Positions 11,331-21,070 of a stretch of DNA of 64,000 nt are shown here, in pieces; within the stretch, counting starts at the first letter, position 1, and each line of letters starts with the position of its first letter. Below the pieces are notes generated by a model. That model ran no database searches, was not told where the DNA came from, and saw nothing but the letters and a program-made list of their open reading frames with translations. The translations under genes and the position numbers were made by a program. The stretch comes from Candidatus Pelethomonas sp. (GTDB taxonomy: Bacteria; Bacillota; Clostridia; Oscillospirales; Oscillospiraceae): assembly GCA_045658885.1 (NCBI GenBank), contig JAZOVU010000029.1, forward strand, positions 74,652 through 138,651, given 5' to 3'.

Positions 11331-11813
11331 TTAGAGAATTAAAGCGACCGCGTGTGCCGCCATTCCCTCACCGCTTCCTGTAAAACCAAGGTGTTCCTCC
11401 GTGGTCGCCTTTACATTGACCTGTGACAGCTCCACCGCAATATCCTCCGCAATATTTTGTCGCATCTGCGGAATATACGGCGCAACCTTGGGACGCTGGG
11501 CAATCAGGGTAACATCGACATTGCCGAGGGTATATCCCTCTGCCTGTAAGCGTCTGGCGACTTCGCGCAGGAGAACTCTGCTGTCCGCACCGCGATACTG
11601 CTCGTCCGTGTCTGGGAACAGCTTTCCGATATCCCCCAGTGCAGCCGCACCGAGTAGGGCATCCATCAGCGCGTGTAGCAGCACATCCGCATCTGAATGA
11701 CCGAGCAACCCTCTTTCATACGGAATTTCCACACCGCCCAATATCAACTTCCGTCCCTCTGTGAGGCGGTGTACATCATATCCGTGGCCAATCCGTGGTA
11801 CCTTCATAGGCAT
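11331..11813 (-). CDS. ispF: 2-C-methyl-D-erythritol 2,4-cyclodiphosphate synthase
   Basis: [22 protein letters not shown] and typical IspF length (160 aa). Confidence 0.95.
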   Translation of the reverse strand: MPMKVPRIGHGYDVHRLTEGRKLILGGVEIPYERGLLGHSDADVLLHALMDALLGAAALGDIGKLFPDTDEQYRGADSRVLLREVARRLQAEGYTLGNVDVTLIAQRPKVAPYIPQMRQNIAEDIAVELSQVNVKATTEEHLGFTGSGEGMAAHAVALIL

Positions 11814-12535
11814 TCCTCCCGACGCTGTAGAATCGCTGTAGCGAGTGCGATATCCTCTGGCGTTGTTATCTTAATATTTTCATACGAGCCATCTGTCAAA
11901 TAGACGGTCTTTCCCAGTCGCTCTACGGCACTGCAATCATCCGTAATCTCTGCACCCTCGTCGCGTGCAGACTGTAGTGCGGCGGCAAGCAACGCGGCAT
12001 CGAATACCTGCGGTGTCTGGACAGCAAACAGGGTTGCACGATTGGGGGTACTCTGCACCACACCGTCCTGTGCAATCTTGATGGTGTCTTTGACAGGTAC
12101 CGCAGGTGCGGCGGCATTGGTCTGATACGCACGACGAATGACACTGTCAATAAAAGCTCCATCTGCCAAGGGGCGCGCACCGTCGTGTACTGCATAGAAG
12201 TTTGCGTCCTTGCGACACTCCAAAGTCGCCTGTAAGACGGATTCCAACCGACTGGCACCGCCACAGACGATTTTGACATTCTTTCGGATGCCATAAGTCT
12301 TGCAGAGGTCCCCGACGGTCAAAATATCCTCGCTCCGCGTGGCAACGACAATCTCATCGACCAGTTCCGCATCGTCGAGGGCAAGCAAGGTACGCGCCAA
12401 CACGGGAATCCCATCCAGCGGAAGCAACATCTTATTTTGTCCCATTCTACTGGCACTTCCAGCGGCAGGCACAATCGCGCTACAGATGGGGCGTTCCTCC
12501 TGGGCGCGTCCCAGCAACTTGTCAATCCATTTCAT
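11804..12535 (-). CDS. ispD: 2-C-methyl-D-erythritol 4-phosphate cytidylyltransferase
   Basis: [13 protein letters not shown] motif. Overlaps ispF and carD in an operon arrangement. Confidence 0.9.
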   Translation of the reverse strand: MKWIDKLLGRAQEERPICSAIVPAAGSASRMGQNKMLLPLDGIPVLARTLLALDDAELVDEIVVATRSEDILTVGDLCKTYGIRKNVKIVCGGASRLESVLQATLECRKDANFYAVHDGARPLADGAFIDSVIRRAYQTNAAAPAVPVKDTIKIAQDGVVQSTPNRATLFAVQTPQVFDAALLAAALQSARDEGAEITDDCSAVERLGKTVYLTDGSYENIKITTPEDIALATAILQRREECL

Positions 12536-13023
12536 CCAGCTTTATCTCCCAACATGGCATCATTGATTCGACTTTCGACTTCGCGGGAATCCACCCCCAT
12601 CGAAAGAACCAGTTCCGAAATGAGAATCTGTTTCGCAGTGTGGAGCATCTTTCGCTCTCCATTGGAGAGACCCCGTTCACTGTCGCGGCGTGTCAATCCC
12701 TTGATGACATGGGCCACCGAACGCAGATTACCACTCTTGAGAAGTTCCATGTTTTCACGATAGCGGTGGTTCCAGTTGCTTGTCATATCCACCTGCATAG
12801 AACCGATATCGTCTAGCAACGCATGGGCTTCCTCCGCCGTCACGATATCACGCAGACCCACGATTTGACTGGTTGCGACTGGAATTTTCAACACCAACCC
12901 TCCAACAGGCATCTTGAACACATAGTAGTCCTGTCTGGCCGTTCCTACTTTCTCTGTCACAATGCCGTCAATCACACCTGCGCCATGCATGGGATGCACC
13001 ACCTTGTCCCCTATCTGGAACAT
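12532..13023 (-). CDS. carD: CarD/CdnL family RNA-polymerase-binding transcriptional regulator
   Basis: MFQIGDKVVHPMHGAGVIDGI is a CarD_TRCF-like N-terminus. The ATG at 13023 has AGAGAGG 10 nt upstream. A TTG at 13029 is the alternative start. Confidence 0.88.
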   Translation of the reverse strand: MFQIGDKVVHPMHGAGVIDGIVTEKVGTARQDYYVFKMPVGGLVLKIPVATSQIVGLRDIVTAEEAHALLDDIGSMQVDMTSNWNHRYRENMELLKSGNLRSVAHVIKGLTRRDSERGLSNGERKMLHTAKQILISELVLSMGVDSREVESRINDAMLGDKAG

Positions 13024-13099
13024 CTTCAAGACACCTCTCTTCTTATACCTACCCCGCGTTCTGTCCCATGACCTACTTTCCCATTGTTTCGCTTGTTTC

Positions 13100-14305
13100 T
13101 TAACAGATGAGCTCGTTGGTCATATCGCGAACCAACTGCTTGTCAATATACCTCTGCGCCCGACTACGCAACTCCTCACGGAGCGTCCCCTCGATATCCA
13201 ACAGGCAATCGAGCAGAATTGGATTGAACGCACCGCACTCTCCGTTTTTAATCATGTTGATGGCGGTTTCATGCGAGAATGCCTTCTTATAGACACGCTC
13301 ACTGGTCAGCGCATCATACACATCGGCCATAGCGGTGACTTGGGCGCAGATGGGGATATCGTCCCCTTTCAGGCCATCGGGGTAGCCCCGTCCATCATAT
13401 CGCTCATGGTGCCAGTGTGCAATACTACACGCATACTCCAACAGTGGTTCACGCTCTAAATAGAACACGCCACCGAGCATATCCGCGCCCTTCTTGGCAT
13501 GCGTTTTCATAATCGCAAATTCTTCCTCGGTCAACCGCCCCGGTTTATTGAGAATCTGCTCTGGGATGACAATCTTGCCGATATCATGTAGGGCAGATGC
13601 CGTACTAATCAGCGTGATATCCTTGTGGGTCAGCCGATATTTCGTGGTTTTCTTGACCAGTCGCTTCAAGAGAATTTCCGTCAATGCGCGGATATGTACG
13701 ACATGAAGCCCACTTTCTCCGTTGCGAAATTCTACAATGTGGCTCAGAATATCAATCATCAACCCACTCTGTCGTTCTTTTTCGTAGACCTGACGCTCCA
13801 CCATAGAAATCAGTCGTTTCTGTCTGGCGTACAGCAGAATCGTATTGACGACACGGTGCCGAACAATGGCCGCGTCAAACGGGCGATTGATAAAATCCGC
13901 TACGCGCAGTTCATAGGCGCGTTCAACCGCAACGGGAGAACGGTCCGACGAGATGATGATAACAGGGATATCTGCAATCCAGTTCTCGTCGTTCATGCGG
14001 TCCAATACGCCGAACCCATCCAACTTTGGCATAATAATATCCAACAACACCAGCGAGATCTCATGCGCCTGTTGCTCCAAAATCTCAATGGCTCGTAAAC
14101 CGTCACCCGCCTCCAAAATATCGTACTCCTCCCGCAACATCTGCGTCAGGATAAAACGATTCATCTCGGAATCATCCACAATCAAGATTTTTTGTTTTCC
14201 AATTTCGTGCATTCGCTTCACATCCTCTAAGTAGTCATCACGGAAAAATTGCGCCTGTTCCGCTTTTTCGCGCCCCATTTTACAAGAAAACACAAAATTA
14301 TGCAA
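13100..14305 (-). CDS. response regulator receiver domain fused to an HD-GYP phosphodiesterase domain (start uncertain: 14305, 14278 or 14212)
   Basis: ILIVDDSEMNR...LLDIIMPKLDG is a REC domain. ALHDIGK...HHERYDGRGYP is an HD-GYP domain. Confidence 0.85.
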   Translation of the reverse strand: MHNFVFSCKMGREKAEQAQFFRDDYLEDVKRMHEIGKQKILIVDDSEMNRFILTQMLREEYDILEAGDGLRAIEILEQQAHEISLVLLDIIMPKLDGFGVLDRMNDENWIADIPVIIISSDRSPVAVERAYELRVADFINRPFDAAIVRHRVVNTILLYARQKRLISMVERQVYEKERQSGLMIDILSHIVEFRNGESGLHVVHIRALTEILLKRLVKKTTKYRLTHKDITLISTASALHDIGKIVIPEQILNKPGRLTEEEFAIMKTHAKKGADMLGGVFYLEREPLLEYACSIAHWHHERYDGRGYPDGLKGDDIPICAQVTAMADVYDALTSERVYKKAFSHETAINMIKNGECGAFNPILLDCLLDIEGTLREELRSRAQRYIDKQLVRDMTNELIC

Positions 14306-14469
14306 GGCGGACAGGAAAAATTTACAGGTAGCAGTTTTCTCCGTACAATTTCACAGATACCATTGTAGCACACTAAAGCAACAAAAGCAAGAGAGAATCT
14401 CGTGAAAAAATAACAGAATCGAAGAAGCACCAAACCAACTATAAATTTTCGACATAAATCTTATATACT

Positions 14470-14498
14470 TTGACAGCTTGCTTTTTTGTATATATAAT
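14470..14498 (+). promoter_or_regulatory. sigma-70/sigmaA-type promoter of the pur operon
   Basis: Perfect TTGACA (14470-14475), a 17-nt spacer, then TATAAT (14493-14498). Confidence 0.65.
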
Positions 14499-14519
14499 GG
14501 TACTATATTGTTGTATGAA

Positions 14520-14640
14520 AGGATAGGCGCATCTGTAACTGACGGAAAGTGGAGTACCACATGGGAGCAGTGCGTTATATTTCGTGTCGACCGTCTGGGC
14601 AGTCCTATTCCATTAGTTCGGGGTGGGTCTGCCCTTTTTA
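14520..14640 (+). promoter_or_regulatory. ZTP (pfl-motif) riboswitch with intrinsic-terminator expression platform
   Basis: GCGCA..CUGACGG-AAA-GUGG-AGUA-CCAC-AUGGGAGC-AGUGCG is followed by a linker and then CCGUCUGGGCA. This matches the pfl architecture, with GACGG pairing to CCGUC as the pseudoknot. GGGCAGUCC...GGUCUGCCC plus UUUUUA forms a terminator that overlaps the 3' subdomain. The element sits in the 5' leader of purE. Confidence 0.7.
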
Positions 14641-14669
14641 GGTTGTATAAAATTGTGAAGGAGATACAC

Positions 14670-15164
14670 ATGAGAAAGATTGGCATTATTATGGGGAGTG
14701 ACAGCGACCTCCCTATCGTGGAAAAAGCCATCAACACCTTACAGGAATTTGATGTTCCGTATGAAGTGCATATTTTTTCCGCCCATCGTACCCCGGAGGA
14801 GGCACGCCAGTTTGCACTGAACGCCCGTGCAAACGGATTTGGTGCGATTATTGCCGCCGCTGGCAAGGCCGCCCATCTGGCTGGTGCTATCGCCGCCGCT
14901 ACCACCATCCCCGTGATTGGTATTCCTGTCAAAAGCTCGAATCTTGACGGCGTTGATGCCCTGCTGTCAACCGTTCAGATGCCCTCTGGTATTCCGGTAG
15001 CTACTGTTGCGATTGATGGTAGTGTCAATGCCGCCTTGTTGTCTATCCAGATGCTCGCCATCGAGGATGCCACCCTCGCAGAAAAGCTCCAGGCCAAGCG
15101 TGATGCCGACACCAAAAAGGTTTTGGAGAAGAATGCCACTATCGAAGCAAAGTTTAATCACTAA
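14670..15164 (+). CDS. purE: N5-carboxyaminoimidazole ribonucleotide mutase
   Basis: MRKIGIIMGSDSDLPIV...AHRTP...AGKAAHLAG. GAAGGAG RBS upstream. The longer ORF from 14478 covers the riboswitch and is rejected. Confidence 0.95.
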   Translation: MRKIGIIMGSDSDLPIVEKAINTLQEFDVPYEVHIFSAHRTPEEARQFALNARANGFGAIIAAAGKAAHLAGAIAAATTIPVIGIPVKSSNLDGVDALLSTVQMPSGIPVATVAIDGSVNAALLSIQMLAIEDATLAEKLQAKRDADTKKVLEKNATIEAKFNH

Positions 15165-15197
15165 TTCAAATTGATATTGTAACGGAGGAAAAACACC

Positions 15198-15884
15198 ATG
15201 GAAAAGAAGCTTATCTATACTGGCAAGACCAAGAATGTCTACGAACTCGAGAACGGCAACTGCCTGTTGCTGTTCAAGGACGACTGCACTGGCAAGGACG
15301 GTGTGTTTGACCCCGGTGAGAACGCCGTCGGTCTGACCATCGAGGGCGTGGGCGATGTGAACCTGCGTATGTCCATCTACTACTTTGAGAAAATCAATGC
15401 CGCTGGTATCCGTACCCACTTCGTCAACGCAAATCTGGAGGACACCACCATGGAGGTTCTGCCTGCCAAGGTGTTCGGCAAGGGTCTGGAAGTCATCTGC
15501 CGCCGCAAGGCTGTCGGCTCCTTCTTCCGTCGCTATAACGACTACTGCACCGAGGGTCAGGACCTGCCCTACTATGTGGAGACCACCTTCAAGAACGATG
15601 CACTGGGTGACCCCCTCGTGACCAAGGACGGTCTGGTTGACCTGGGCGTAATGACCGCCGAGCAGTACGACTCCCTGAAGGCACAGACCCAGGCTATCAC
15701 CAAGATTGTTGCTGACGATTTGGCCGAGAAGGGTCTGGAGCTGTACGACATCAAGTTCGAGTTCGGCTACGCTCCCGACGGTTCCGTTATGCTCATCGAC
15801 GAGGTCGCTTCTGGCAATATGCGCGTGTATAAGGACGGCCAGTACATCGACCCCATGACTCTGAACAAGCTGTTCTTCGCATAA
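15198..15884 (+). CDS. purC: SAICAR synthase
   Basis: [13 protein letters not shown]-terminus and a C-terminal LIDEV...RVY region, typical of PurC. Confidence 0.93.
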   Translation: MEKKLIYTGKTKNVYELENGNCLLLFKDDCTGKDGVFDPGENAVGLTIEGVGDVNLRMSIYYFEKINAAGIRTHFVNANLEDTTMEVLPAKVFGKGLEVICRRKAVGSFFRRYNDYCTEGQDLPYYVETTFKNDALGDPLVTKDGLVDLGVMTAEQYDSLKAQTQAITKIVADDLAEKGLELYDIKFEFGYAPDGSVMLIDEVASGNMRVYKDGQYIDPMTLNKLFFA

Positions 15885-15932
15885 TCCCTCTCCCTTGGGA
15901 ACGGATGTAATCTATAAAACAGGAGGAACCTC

Positions 15933-17354
15933 ATGGGAGGATTTTTTGGTGCAATCTCCAAGAGAGATTGCGTCCTTGATATCTTTTTCGGCACGGACTA
16001 CCACTCTCACCTCGGTACGCTGCGTGGCGGTATTGCCATGTACGATAACAAAGAGGGTTTCCAACGCCAAATCCATAACATTCAAAACACCCCTTTCCGA
16101 ACCAAGTTCGAGAAAGACATCAGCGACTTTCACGGCTGTAGCGGTATCGGTTGTATTAGCGATACCGACCCCCAGCCCCTGTTGGTGCGCTCCCACCTCG
16201 GTCTGTTCGCCATCTGCACCGTCGGTCGCATCAACAACGCCGAGGAGTTAATTAGCACCCACTTCTCCGACCGTGGTCATCAGTTTATGGCGATGGGCTC
16301 TGGCAAGGTCAATACGACCGAGCTGACAGCGGCACTGATTAACCAGAAGGATACACTGATAGAAGGTATCCGCCATGCGCAGGAGGTCATCAGTGGCTCC
16401 TCCTCCATCCTCATCTTGACCAGCGAAAGCATCATCGCCGCACGCGACAAAGTTGGTCGTTTACCCGTCCTCATCGGTAAGAAAGACGACGGTTGCTGTG
16501 TTTCGTTTGAGTCTTTCGCCTATCAGAAATTAGGATATTCCAATGCCTATGAGCTTGGCCCCAACGAGGTCGTAGAAATCACTGCCGACGGTTGGAAAAC
16601 CCTCGCCCCTGCTGGGGACAAGATGAAGATTTGCGGTTTCCTGTGGACCTACTACGGCTACCCCAACTCCACCTACGAGGGTCGAAATGTCGAGTTGATG
16701 CGCTACCGCAACGGTGAGATTATGGCGCGTGACGAGGTGTTGCGCGGTTCTCTGCCCAAGGTGGACTATGTCGCTGGTGTGCCAGACTCTGGTATCCCCC
16801 ATGCGATTGGCTACGCAAACCGCAGTGGTAAATACTTTGCCCGTCCCTTTGTCAAGTACACTCCCACTTGGGCACGCTCCTTTATGCCCACCAACCAGAC
16901 TTTGCGGAAACAGGTGGCTGAGATGAAACAGATTCCTGTCCCCGAATTGATTGAGGGCAAGAAGCTGTTGTTCGTGGACGACTCCATCGTGCGCGGTACC
17001 CAGTTGCAGGAGACTGTTGAGTTCCTCTACAGTTCTGGTGCAGAGGAAGTCCATATGCGCTCCGCCTGTCCGCCGATTATGTTCGGCTGTAAGTACTTGA
17101 ACTTCTCCAGCAGTAAGTCCGATATGGAGCTGATTGCCCGTCGTACCGTGCAGGAGCTGGAGGGTGACGAGGGACACAACCATCTGGATGAGTATGCGGA
17201 TTGCAACACCGAGCGCGGCCAGTGCCTCCTCAATGCAATTTGCAAGAAGCTCGGCTTCGACTCCCTCGGGTATCAGTCGCTGGAGGGCGTTTTGGAAGCC
17301 ATCGGCATCGACCCCGAAAAGGTCTGCACCTACTGCTGGACTGGAAAAGAATAA
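15933..17354 (+). CDS. purF: amidophosphoribosyltransferase (glutamine PRPP amidotransferase)
   Basis: Ntn-type N-terminal domain plus PRTase motif LLFVDDSIVRGTQ. Position in the pur operon supports the call. Confidence 0.88.
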   Translation: MGGFFGAISKRDCVLDIFFGTDYHSHLGTLRGGIAMYDNKEGFQRQIHNIQNTPFRTKFEKDISDFHGCSGIGCISDTDPQPLLVRSHLGLFAICTVGRINNAEELISTHFSDRGHQFMAMGSGKVNTTELTAALINQKDTLIEGIRHAQEVISGSSSILILTSESIIAARDKVGRLPVLIGKKDDGCCVSFESFAYQKLGYSNAYELGPNEVVEITADGWKTLAPAGDKMKICGFLWTYYGYPNSTYEGRNVELMRYRNGEIMARDEVLRGSLPKVDYVAGVPDSGIPHAIGYANRSGKYFARPFVKYTPTWARSFMPTNQTLRKQVAEMKQIPVPELIEGKKLLFVDDSIVRGTQLQETVEFLYSSGAEEVHMRSACPPIMFGCKYLNFSSSKSDMELIARRTVQELEGDEGHNHLDEYADCNTERGQCLLNAICKKLGFDSLGYQSLEGVLEAIGIDPEKVCTYCWTGKE

Positions 17355-17379
17355 AATTGAAAGAAAGCGAGAACAAGAG

Positions 17380-18429
17380 ATGAGCGAGAGTAGTTATTCC
17401 GCTTCCTACGCCGCCGCTGGCGTTGATATCACCGCAGGCTATAAGGCGGTTGAGTTGATGAAAAAGCACATCGCACGCACCAAGAACGAGGGCTGTCTGG
17501 ATGATGTAGGCGGTTTCGGTGGTTGCTTTGGTCTGCCTCTGGCTGGTATGGAGGAGCCTGTTCTGGTTTCTGGTACCGACGGCTGTGGCACCAAGGTCAA
17601 GATGGCCATTCTGCTGGACAAGCACGACACCATTGGTGTTGATGCGGTCGCTATGTGCGTCAACGACATCATCTGCTGTGGCGCAAAGCCCCTGTTCTTC
17701 CTTGACTATATCGCCTGTGGCAAGAATATCCCCGAAAAAATCGCTGAAATTGTAGGCGGTGTTGCCGAGGGTTGCGTCCAGTCTGGCGCAGCACTCATCG
17801 GTGGTGAAACCGCCGAGCACCCCGGTATGATGCCTGTCGAGGAGTACGACTTGGCTGGCTTTGCTGTGGGTATTGTCGACAAGAAAAAGATGATTGACAA
17901 CAGCAAGACCGCTGTGGGCGACAAAATCATTGCCCTCGCCTCCACTGGTATTCACTCCAACGGCTTCTCCCTGTGCCGTAAGGTGTTCAATATCGACAAC
18001 AATGATGCCATGCTGTATCAGCCCCGTGAGGAGCTGGGCGGTGCCACTATCGGTGAAACCCTGCTGACTCCCACCCGTATCTATGTCAAGAGCGTTCTGG
18101 CTCTGCTGGAGAAAGTCACCGTCAAGGGCATCAGCCACATCACAGGCGGTGGTTTCTATGAGAATATTCCCCGTTCCATCCCCAAGGGACTGGGTGCGAA
18201 AATCAATAAGGCCGATGTCAAGGTTCTGCCCATCTTTGATTTGATTGCTAAGACTGGCAATATCCCCGAGCGCGATATGTTCAACACCTACAATATGGGT
18301 GTCGGCATGACCATCACCGTCGCCGCAGAGGATGTAGACACTGCTCTGGAAATTCTCCGCGCAAACGGCGAAACTGCTTACCTGCTGGGCGAGATTGTCG
18401 CCTCCGAGGAGCAGGTCATTCTGGAGTAA
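17380..18429 (+). CDS. purM: AIR synthase (phosphoribosylformylglycinamidine cyclo-ligase)
   Basis: YAAAGVDI...GGFGG...SGTDGCGTK. Start set at MSESSY. The upstream extension overlaps purF out of frame. Confidence 0.95.
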   Translation: MSESSYSASYAAAGVDITAGYKAVELMKKHIARTKNEGCLDDVGGFGGCFGLPLAGMEEPVLVSGTDGCGTKVKMAILLDKHDTIGVDAVAMCVNDIICCGAKPLFFLDYIACGKNIPEKIAEIVGGVAEGCVQSGAALIGGETAEHPGMMPVEEYDLAGFAVGIVDKKKMIDNSKTAVGDKIIALASTGIHSNGFSLCRKVFNIDNNDAMLYQPREELGGATIGETLLTPTRIYVKSVLALLEKVTVKGISHITGGGFYENIPRSIPKGLGAKINKADVKVLPIFDLIAKTGNIPERDMFNTYNMGVGMTITVAAEDVDTALEILRANGETAYLLGEIVASEEQVILE

Positions 18430-18434
18430 GCGGT

Positions 18435-19043
18435 ATGAACAAAGCGAGAATTGCCGTCTTTGTTTCTGGCGGCGGCACCAATTTACAGGCGATTATCGAC
18501 AAGGCCACCGAGGGTGGTATTCCCCACGGTGAATTGGCTGTCGTCGTATCCAGTAAAGCAGGTGTGTATGCACTGGAGCGTGCCGCGAAAGCCAATATCC
18601 CCAGTGTGGTTGTGTCCAAGAAGGATGCTGGCAGTCAAGATGCGTTTGAAGCACAGTTGCTTGCTGTGCTGGAGTCGTATCACATCGACATGATTATTCT
18701 GGCTGGCTTTATGTCCATCCTCACCAAAAATTTCACCGACCGCTACCCCCAGCGTATCATCAATGTCCATCCCTCTCTGATTCCCTCCTTCTGTGGCGAA
18801 GGGTTCTATGGACTGCGTGTACACGAGGCGGCACTCCAGTACGGTGTCAAAGTCACTGGTGCAACCGTCCATTTCGTCAACGAAATCCCCGACGGTGGAC
18901 AGATTATCGCCCAGAAAGCGGTGGACATCCTGCCCGATGACACCCCTGAAATCTTACAAAAGCGCGTAATGGAGCAGGCAGAATGGTTGCTCCTGCCCCA
19001 AGCGGCTGAAATCGTGGCCGCTACGCTCGTTTCCCATACTTAA
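18435..19043 (+). CDS. purN: GAR formyltransferase
   Basis: IAVFVSGGGTNLQAI...NVHPSLIP motifs. Confidence 0.95.
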   Translation: MNKARIAVFVSGGGTNLQAIIDKATEGGIPHGELAVVVSSKAGVYALERAAKANIPSVVVSKKDAGSQDAFEAQLLAVLESYHIDMIILAGFMSILTKNFTDRYPQRIINVHPSLIPSFCGEGFYGLRVHEAALQYGVKVTGATVHFVNEIPDGGQIIAQKAVDILPDDTPEILQKRVMEQAEWLLLPQAAEIVAATLVSHT

Positions 19044-19064
19044 ACGATAGAAAGAGGAACAACT

Positions 19065-19784
19065 ATGGATATCTATGCTGTCAATGATTTGAACAAGTTG
19101 CTCGCGGAGAATCCCTATCCTGGCCGTGGTATCGTCATCGGCAAGAGCGCGGACGGCACCCACGCCGCTATCGCCTACTTTATCATGGGGCGCAGTGTCA
19201 ACAGCCGTAACCGCATCTTTGAAACCACCGAGGACGGTATCCGCACCAAGGCTTACGACGAGAGCAAGCTGGAGGACCCCAGCCTTATCATCTACCACCC
19301 CGTCCGTCGTCTGGGCAATCAGCTGATTGTCACCAACGGCGACCAGACCGACACCATCCGTGACGGTTTGCAGGAGGGTAAGACCTTCTCCCAGTCCCTT
19401 GTCAGCCGTTGCTTCGAGCCCGATGGCCCCAACTGGACCCCCCGTATCAGCGGTCTGGTGAACTTCACCGAGGGCGGTTTTGACTACAGTATGTCCATCC
19501 TCAAGAGTGCCGATGCCGAGGGTAGTGCTTGCAACCGCTTCACCTACGACTATGCGGCTCTCAACGGTCTGGGTCACTTTATCCATACCTATGTGACCGA
19601 CGGCAACCCCATTCCCACTTTCCAAGGTGAGCCTGAGCGCGTCGCCATCGGCAACTGCGCCGAGGAGTTCACCAAAAACATCTGGGAAAACCTCAACGCT
19701 GACAACAAGATTTCTCTGTACACCAACTGGGTCAATCCGACCACTGGTGAGGAGAAAGTCACCATTATCAACAAGCATCAGTAA
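19065..19784 (+). CDS. IMP cyclohydrolase, archaeal PurO-like type
   Basis: The N-terminus NPYPGRGIVIGKSADGTHAAIAYFIMGRS resembles the PurO-type IMP cyclohydrolase family. It sits directly before an AICARFT-only gene. Confidence 0.8.
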   Translation: MDIYAVNDLNKLLAENPYPGRGIVIGKSADGTHAAIAYFIMGRSVNSRNRIFETTEDGIRTKAYDESKLEDPSLIIYHPVRRLGNQLIVTNGDQTDTIRDGLQEGKTFSQSLVSRCFEPDGPNWTPRISGLVNFTEGGFDYSMSILKSADAEGSACNRFTYDYAALNGLGHFIHTYVTDGNPIPTFQGEPERVAIGNCAEEFTKNIWENLNADNKISLYTNWVNPTTGEEKVTIINKHQ

Positions 19785-19802
19785 GAAGGAGAGTACAAAA
19801 GA

Positions 19803-20987
19803 ATGAACGAACTGGAACTGAAATACGGTTGTAACCCCAACCAGAAGCCTGCTCGCATCTTTATGAAGGACGGCTCTGACCTGCCCATCACCGTGCTCAA
19901 CGGAAAACCCGGCTATATCAACTTCATGGACGCGTTTAACTCTTGGCAGTTGGTCAAGGAGTTGAAGGCCGCTCTGGGTATGCCTGCCGCCACCTCCTTC
20001 AAGCATGTTTCCCCCACCTCCGCCGCTGTCGGTCTTCCCCTCAGCCCCGAGCTGAAGAAGGCCTGCTTCGTCGAGGATGTGGAGGGTCTGGACGAGAATC
20101 CCCTCGCCTGCGCCTATGTCCGCGCCCGCGGTACCGACCGTCTGTGCTCCTTCGGTGACTGGGTGGCTCTCAGCGATGTCTGCGATGCCATGACCGCCTC
20201 CCTCATCAAGCAGGAGGTTTCCGACGGTGTCATCGCTCCCGGTTACACCGAGGAGGCTCTGGAGATTCTCAAGAGCAAGCGCAAGGGCGGTTACAACATC
20301 GTCCAGATTGATGAGAACTATGTCCCTGCCCAGCAGGAGAACAAGGACATCTTCGGCATCACCTTTGAGCAGGGTCGCAACAACTTCAAGATTGACGCAG
20401 AGCTGTTGGGCAATGTGGTCACCGCCAACAAGGACCTGCCCGAGAGTGCCAAGCGCGATTTGATTGTGGCTCTCATCACGCTCAAGTACACCCAGTCCAA
20501 CTCCGTCTGCTATGCAGTTGACGGTCAGGCTATCGGTGTCGGTGCTGGTCAGCAGAGCCGTGTCCACTGCACCAGACTGGCTGGTACCAAGGCAGATACT
20601 TGGATGTTGCGTCAGCACCCCAAGACGCTGGCTCTGCCTTTCCTGCCCTCTCTGGGTCGTCCCGAGCGCGACAATGTGATTGACAGCTACATCAACGGCA
20701 ACGAGGAAGATGTCTGTGCCGATGGTATCTGGCAGAACTACTTCACCGTACAGCCTGAGCATATCACCGCCGCCGAGCGTGTGGAGTGGCTGGCAAACTT
20801 CGCCAATGTTGCACTGGGCAGTGATGCGTTCTTCCCCTTCCCCGACAATATCAAGCGCGCACGCAAGAGCAGTGTCAAGTATATTGCCGAGCCCGGCGGT
20901 TCCATCCGCGATGATTTGGTCATCGCACAGGCCGACGAGTACGGCATGGCTATGGCATTCACGGGAATGCGTCTGTTCCATCACTAA
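19803..20987 (+). CDS. purH: AICAR formyltransferase (PurH C-terminal-domain-only protein)
   Basis: LKYGCNPNQ...GVGAGQQSRV...EPGGSIRD...MRLFHH are AICARFT hallmarks. No MGS-like cyclohydrolase domain is present. Confidence 0.88.
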   Translation: MNELELKYGCNPNQKPARIFMKDGSDLPITVLNGKPGYINFMDAFNSWQLVKELKAALGMPAATSFKHVSPTSAAVGLPLSPELKKACFVEDVEGLDENPLACAYVRARGTDRLCSFGDWVALSDVCDAMTASLIKQEVSDGVIAPGYTEEALEILKSKRKGGYNIVQIDENYVPAQQENKDIFGITFEQGRNNFKIDAELLGNVVTANKDLPESAKRDLIVALITLKYTQSNSVCYAVDGQAIGVGAGQQSRVHCTRLAGTKADTWMLRQHPKTLALPFLPSLGRPERDNVIDSYINGNEEDVCADGIWQNYFTVQPEHITAAERVEWLANFANVALGSDAFFPFPDNIKRARKSSVKYIAEPGGSIRDDLVIAQADEYGMAMAFTGMRLFHH

Positions 20988-21070
20988 TAGTATCAGCGAC
21001 CGTGGGCTGTCCCAACACCAAGGGGCAGACCCTCGGCCGCTTCCAGTCTATATTTGAGGTAATAAAAAGT

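Noticed and set aside
13100-14305. The HD-GYP response regulator next to carD, considered as part of an unusual signalling system.
   Set aside because: It is a common stand-alone REC-HD-GYP architecture. No cognate kinase or effector is adjacent, and nothing in the sequence is atypical except the uncertain start codon.
14478-14669. The 64-codon N-terminal extension of purE. Similar upstream extensions exist for purM (17134), purD (21002), radA (31596), cas4 (37918), cas2 (39859), the ParB-like gene (62202) and the 701-aa gene (52550).
   Set aside because: The extensions overlap riboswitch or neighbouring coding sequence and lack an RBS. Conserved family N-termini with good RBSs start at internal Met codons.
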